Below, one piece after another: positions 62,901 to 64,000 of a stretch of 64,000 bases of DNA. Below the pieces are notes generated by a model. That model saw only the letters and a program-made list of their open reading frames with translations, was not told the DNA's origin and made no database searches. Origin of the DNA: Azolla caroliniana (taxonomy: Eukaryota; Plantae; Polypodiophyta); the NCBI GenBank assembly GCA_043228905.1, contig JBHGNT010000015.1, positions 18,724,001 to 18,788,000 on the forward strand, written 5' to 3'. Position numbers and translations under genes: made by a program. Each line of letters starts with the position of its first letter. The first letter of the stretch is position 1.

Positions 62901-63836
62901 TTCAATGATCACTTCAATAAGATATATCCTCTATTTATGGTTGTCTATACTATCTTGATTGCAAGTGGTTTCTTTGATCGAATCATAAATTTCTTTGGTA
63001 GTTGGCGTAAGCTTTTGTTTAAAACCGAGAGTGAAGATGATGATGGGTTTGATACATCTGGCCTGATTATTCTTCATAAAGGTCAGTAATATTTCGTCAC
63101 AAATTGATTATGGCATATGCATATTTCACTTAAACAACCAGTATTTTATAGAAAGGGTATGGATGGAGGAAGGGTCTAGTATTGGGGAGAATGTAGTACC
63201 TCTTGCAAGGAACTTCGGGAACCTTAGTGGGGATATTGAGGCAGAGGCAATTTTAATGGTACGTGTTTAATGTTATTATGAGCATTTTGTTCTGGGCCCA
63301 AGCATTATATTTTCATCTGCCTTTGGTTTCAGAAATCAGCTGCATTCAAAGGGAAGGATGAATTACCATCTCAGTCTCAAGCAGTATTTGACAAAAATAC
63401 CCCAAGGGCCAATAGCAACATCAACTCAACACACAGAGAGGATTCCCGCAATGCATATTTAAATAGGAGTTCTACTGCGGCCAAATATATTTCTGGGAAA
63501 AATAAATTGCCATTGACTACTACAGAATCAAGATCACATCTAACGAGTACTGATTCTAGTACAATTAATGCTTATACTGAGAGGGCAGATACTGATACTA
63601 CTGGCTCAAGATGGGATTATTTCAAATCAAGCTTTCAGGATCTCAAGTTTACTCTAGCTGGCAAAAGGTTTGCGCCCTTAAGACAATTTGATGAGTCTCA
63701 TCCACCCAAGCCCCAGTCTTCTTCAAGTGAAACTTTGGATTATATTTTTGAGAATCTGAGACGAAAACCTAGTGATCGAGATTTTGATGATGGCACTATG
63801 GATTTGAACCTTCTAGATTCTTCTACTTCAAAGTAG
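44756..63836 (+). CDS. LMBRD2: LMBR1-domain membrane protein (LMBRD2-like), 14 coding exons, ~735 aa
   Basis: Exons 44756-44923, 45358-45434, 57945-58106, 58531-58741, 58903-58989, 59070-59209, 59683-59763, 60303-60367, 62245-62417, 62490-62620, 62699-62786, 62868-63081, 63152-63258, 63333-63836 (2208 nt, all GT-AG, phases consistent); motifs VPADIW, WSYWSTFLLTW, YEDAGDF, SNTFGLVTGAFLLGFGL.EIP, ARYAAPIAYNFLNLI. Confidence 0.93.
45358..45434 (+). CDS. LMBRD2: LMBRD2-like exon 2
   Basis: tttag|TLSNGSNSGIALLWSWSYWSTFLLTW|gtatg. Confidence 0.9.
45840..46447 (-). mobile_element. Probable solo LTR of the Gypsy B family
   Basis: Decayed ends TATCGCG..TACGAGA; flanking CTGT duplication; GGGGTCTTGGAC block; TATAAAA on minus; internal tRNA-like cassette. 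Confidence 0.6.
47440..48080 (+). mobile_element. Degenerate Gypsy RT fragment
   Basis: LLHEFKAVFPWSY..VVMHTIPM; QIMVAPEDQHKATFTTEFGTYAYKQMYFGL. Confidence 0.75.
48822..53889 (+). mobile_element. Full-length degenerate Ty1/Copia element D in LMBRD2-like intron 2
   Basis: LTRs 48822-49025 and 53663-53889 (TGTTG..CAACA); perfect TSD TTAGA; PBS TGGTATTAGAGC; PPT AAGGGGGA; gag (KLDGTNYPLW), PR (WYFDSGATKH), INT (LRSDRGGEY), RT (YVDD), RNase H (DSDWAG, HARTKHIEVHYH, ADLFTK). Confidence 0.97.
49370..53584 (+). pseudogene. Copia D gag-pol, many stops and frameshifts
   Basis: Successive ORF fragments 49371-49658, 49742-49942, 50221-50769, 51067-51774, 51645-52358, 52476-52957, 53051-53584. Confidence 0.9.
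54260..54935 (+). mobile_element. Decayed LINE 3' fragment
   Basis: Same 3' signature, ..TTAAAGACGTTGATATATCTTTCTTTC; a further short 3' remnant lies at ~55330-55580. Confidence 0.6.
56655..57780 (+). repeat. Degenerate ~162-bp tandem duplication; last unit interrupted by a MITE
   Basis: TACTTTGTGGT(A/G)TATTTGGAA(A/G)AGTTGTT recurs at ~56659, 56937 and 57100. Confidence 0.75.
57221..57729. mobile_element. hAT-type MITE
   Basis: TIR TAGCAATGGGCACG..CGTGCCCATTGCTA; perfect TSD CTATTGAC. Confidence 0.93.
57945..58106 (+). CDS. LMBRD2: LMBRD2-like exon 3
   Basis: tgcag|LIVPLLQGYEDAGDFTF..HRLQW|gtaa. Confidence 0.9.
58531..59209 (+). CDS. LMBRD2: LMBRD2-like exons 4-6 (58531-58741, 58903-58989, 59070-59209)
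   Basis: SNTFGLVTGAFLLGFGL; QMSRRDPLRRYMDVID; GGRMGESDMDYD. Confidence 0.9.
59683..60367 (+). CDS. LMBRD2: LMBRD2-like exons 7-8 (59683-59763, 60303-60367)
   Basis: EYTMRVQEALKLEDTIRNYE; RYISSMHKPRTG; GT-AG phases fit. Confidence 0.85.
60734..61363. mobile_element. hAT-type MITE
   Basis: TIR TAGCAATGGGCCCGGTT..AACCGGGCCCATTGCTA; perfect TSD CTCACAAC. Confidence 0.93.
61826..62240 (+). repeat. Near-perfect 139-bp triplication abutting the exon 9 acceptor
   Basis: Units start at 61826, 61965 and 62104. Confidence 0.92.
62245..63836 (+). CDS. LMBRD2: LMBRD2-like exons 9-14
   Basis: AEATLLP; YMCACTYFSLFKLG; ARYAAPIAYNFLNLI; FNKIYPLFMVVYT; GENVVPLARNF; stop TAG ending at 63836. Confidence 0.9.
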
Positions 63837-64000
63837 TCCGACATCTCTTCATTTTTTTCAGAAGATTCAGCTCTGATTAGTGTCACAAAGATTTGATGCT
63901 TGTCTCCAGCCAGTTCTGTGTTATGACAAAGGGAAGATGGTTTAACAAGAAGCTAAACTACAATTTTTGCTGCGCCAAATACATTCTCAAAATCCTGTAT

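Overview
Eukaryotic land-plant nuclear DNA, not prokaryotic. The TE families and TE-stuffed giant introns suggest a fern-like, non-seed plant (inference). Two intact, divergently oriented host genes can be spliced by hand with consistent GT-AG phases. One is a plant-specific DYRK kinase (DYRKP, minus strand, 7 coding exons, 12816-31214, ~1378 aa). The other is an LMBR1-domain/LMBRD2-like membrane protein (plus strand, 14 coding exons, 44756-63836, ~735 aa). The rest is transposon-derived: a four-level Copia/Gypsy nest at 1-9.8 kb with an internal inversion, solo LTRs (one with a perfect heat-shock element array), RTE/RTEX-like and L1 LINEs, hAT and Mutator-type MITEs with TSDs, and a full-length degenerate Copia in an intron. 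The most unusual observations are (i) an indel-free 13 x 24-aa repeat in the DYRKP N-terminus, (ii) a 5 x ~100-bp array of tRNA-like A/B-box cassettes at the DYRKP 5' end, with relatives inside Gypsy-type LTRs, (iii) an inversion that turns a Copia 3' LTR to face its own coding region, and (iv) a ~950-codon Gag-plus-disordered-tail frame in a tRNA-Trp-primed element. No database searches were run; family calls rest on motif recognition.
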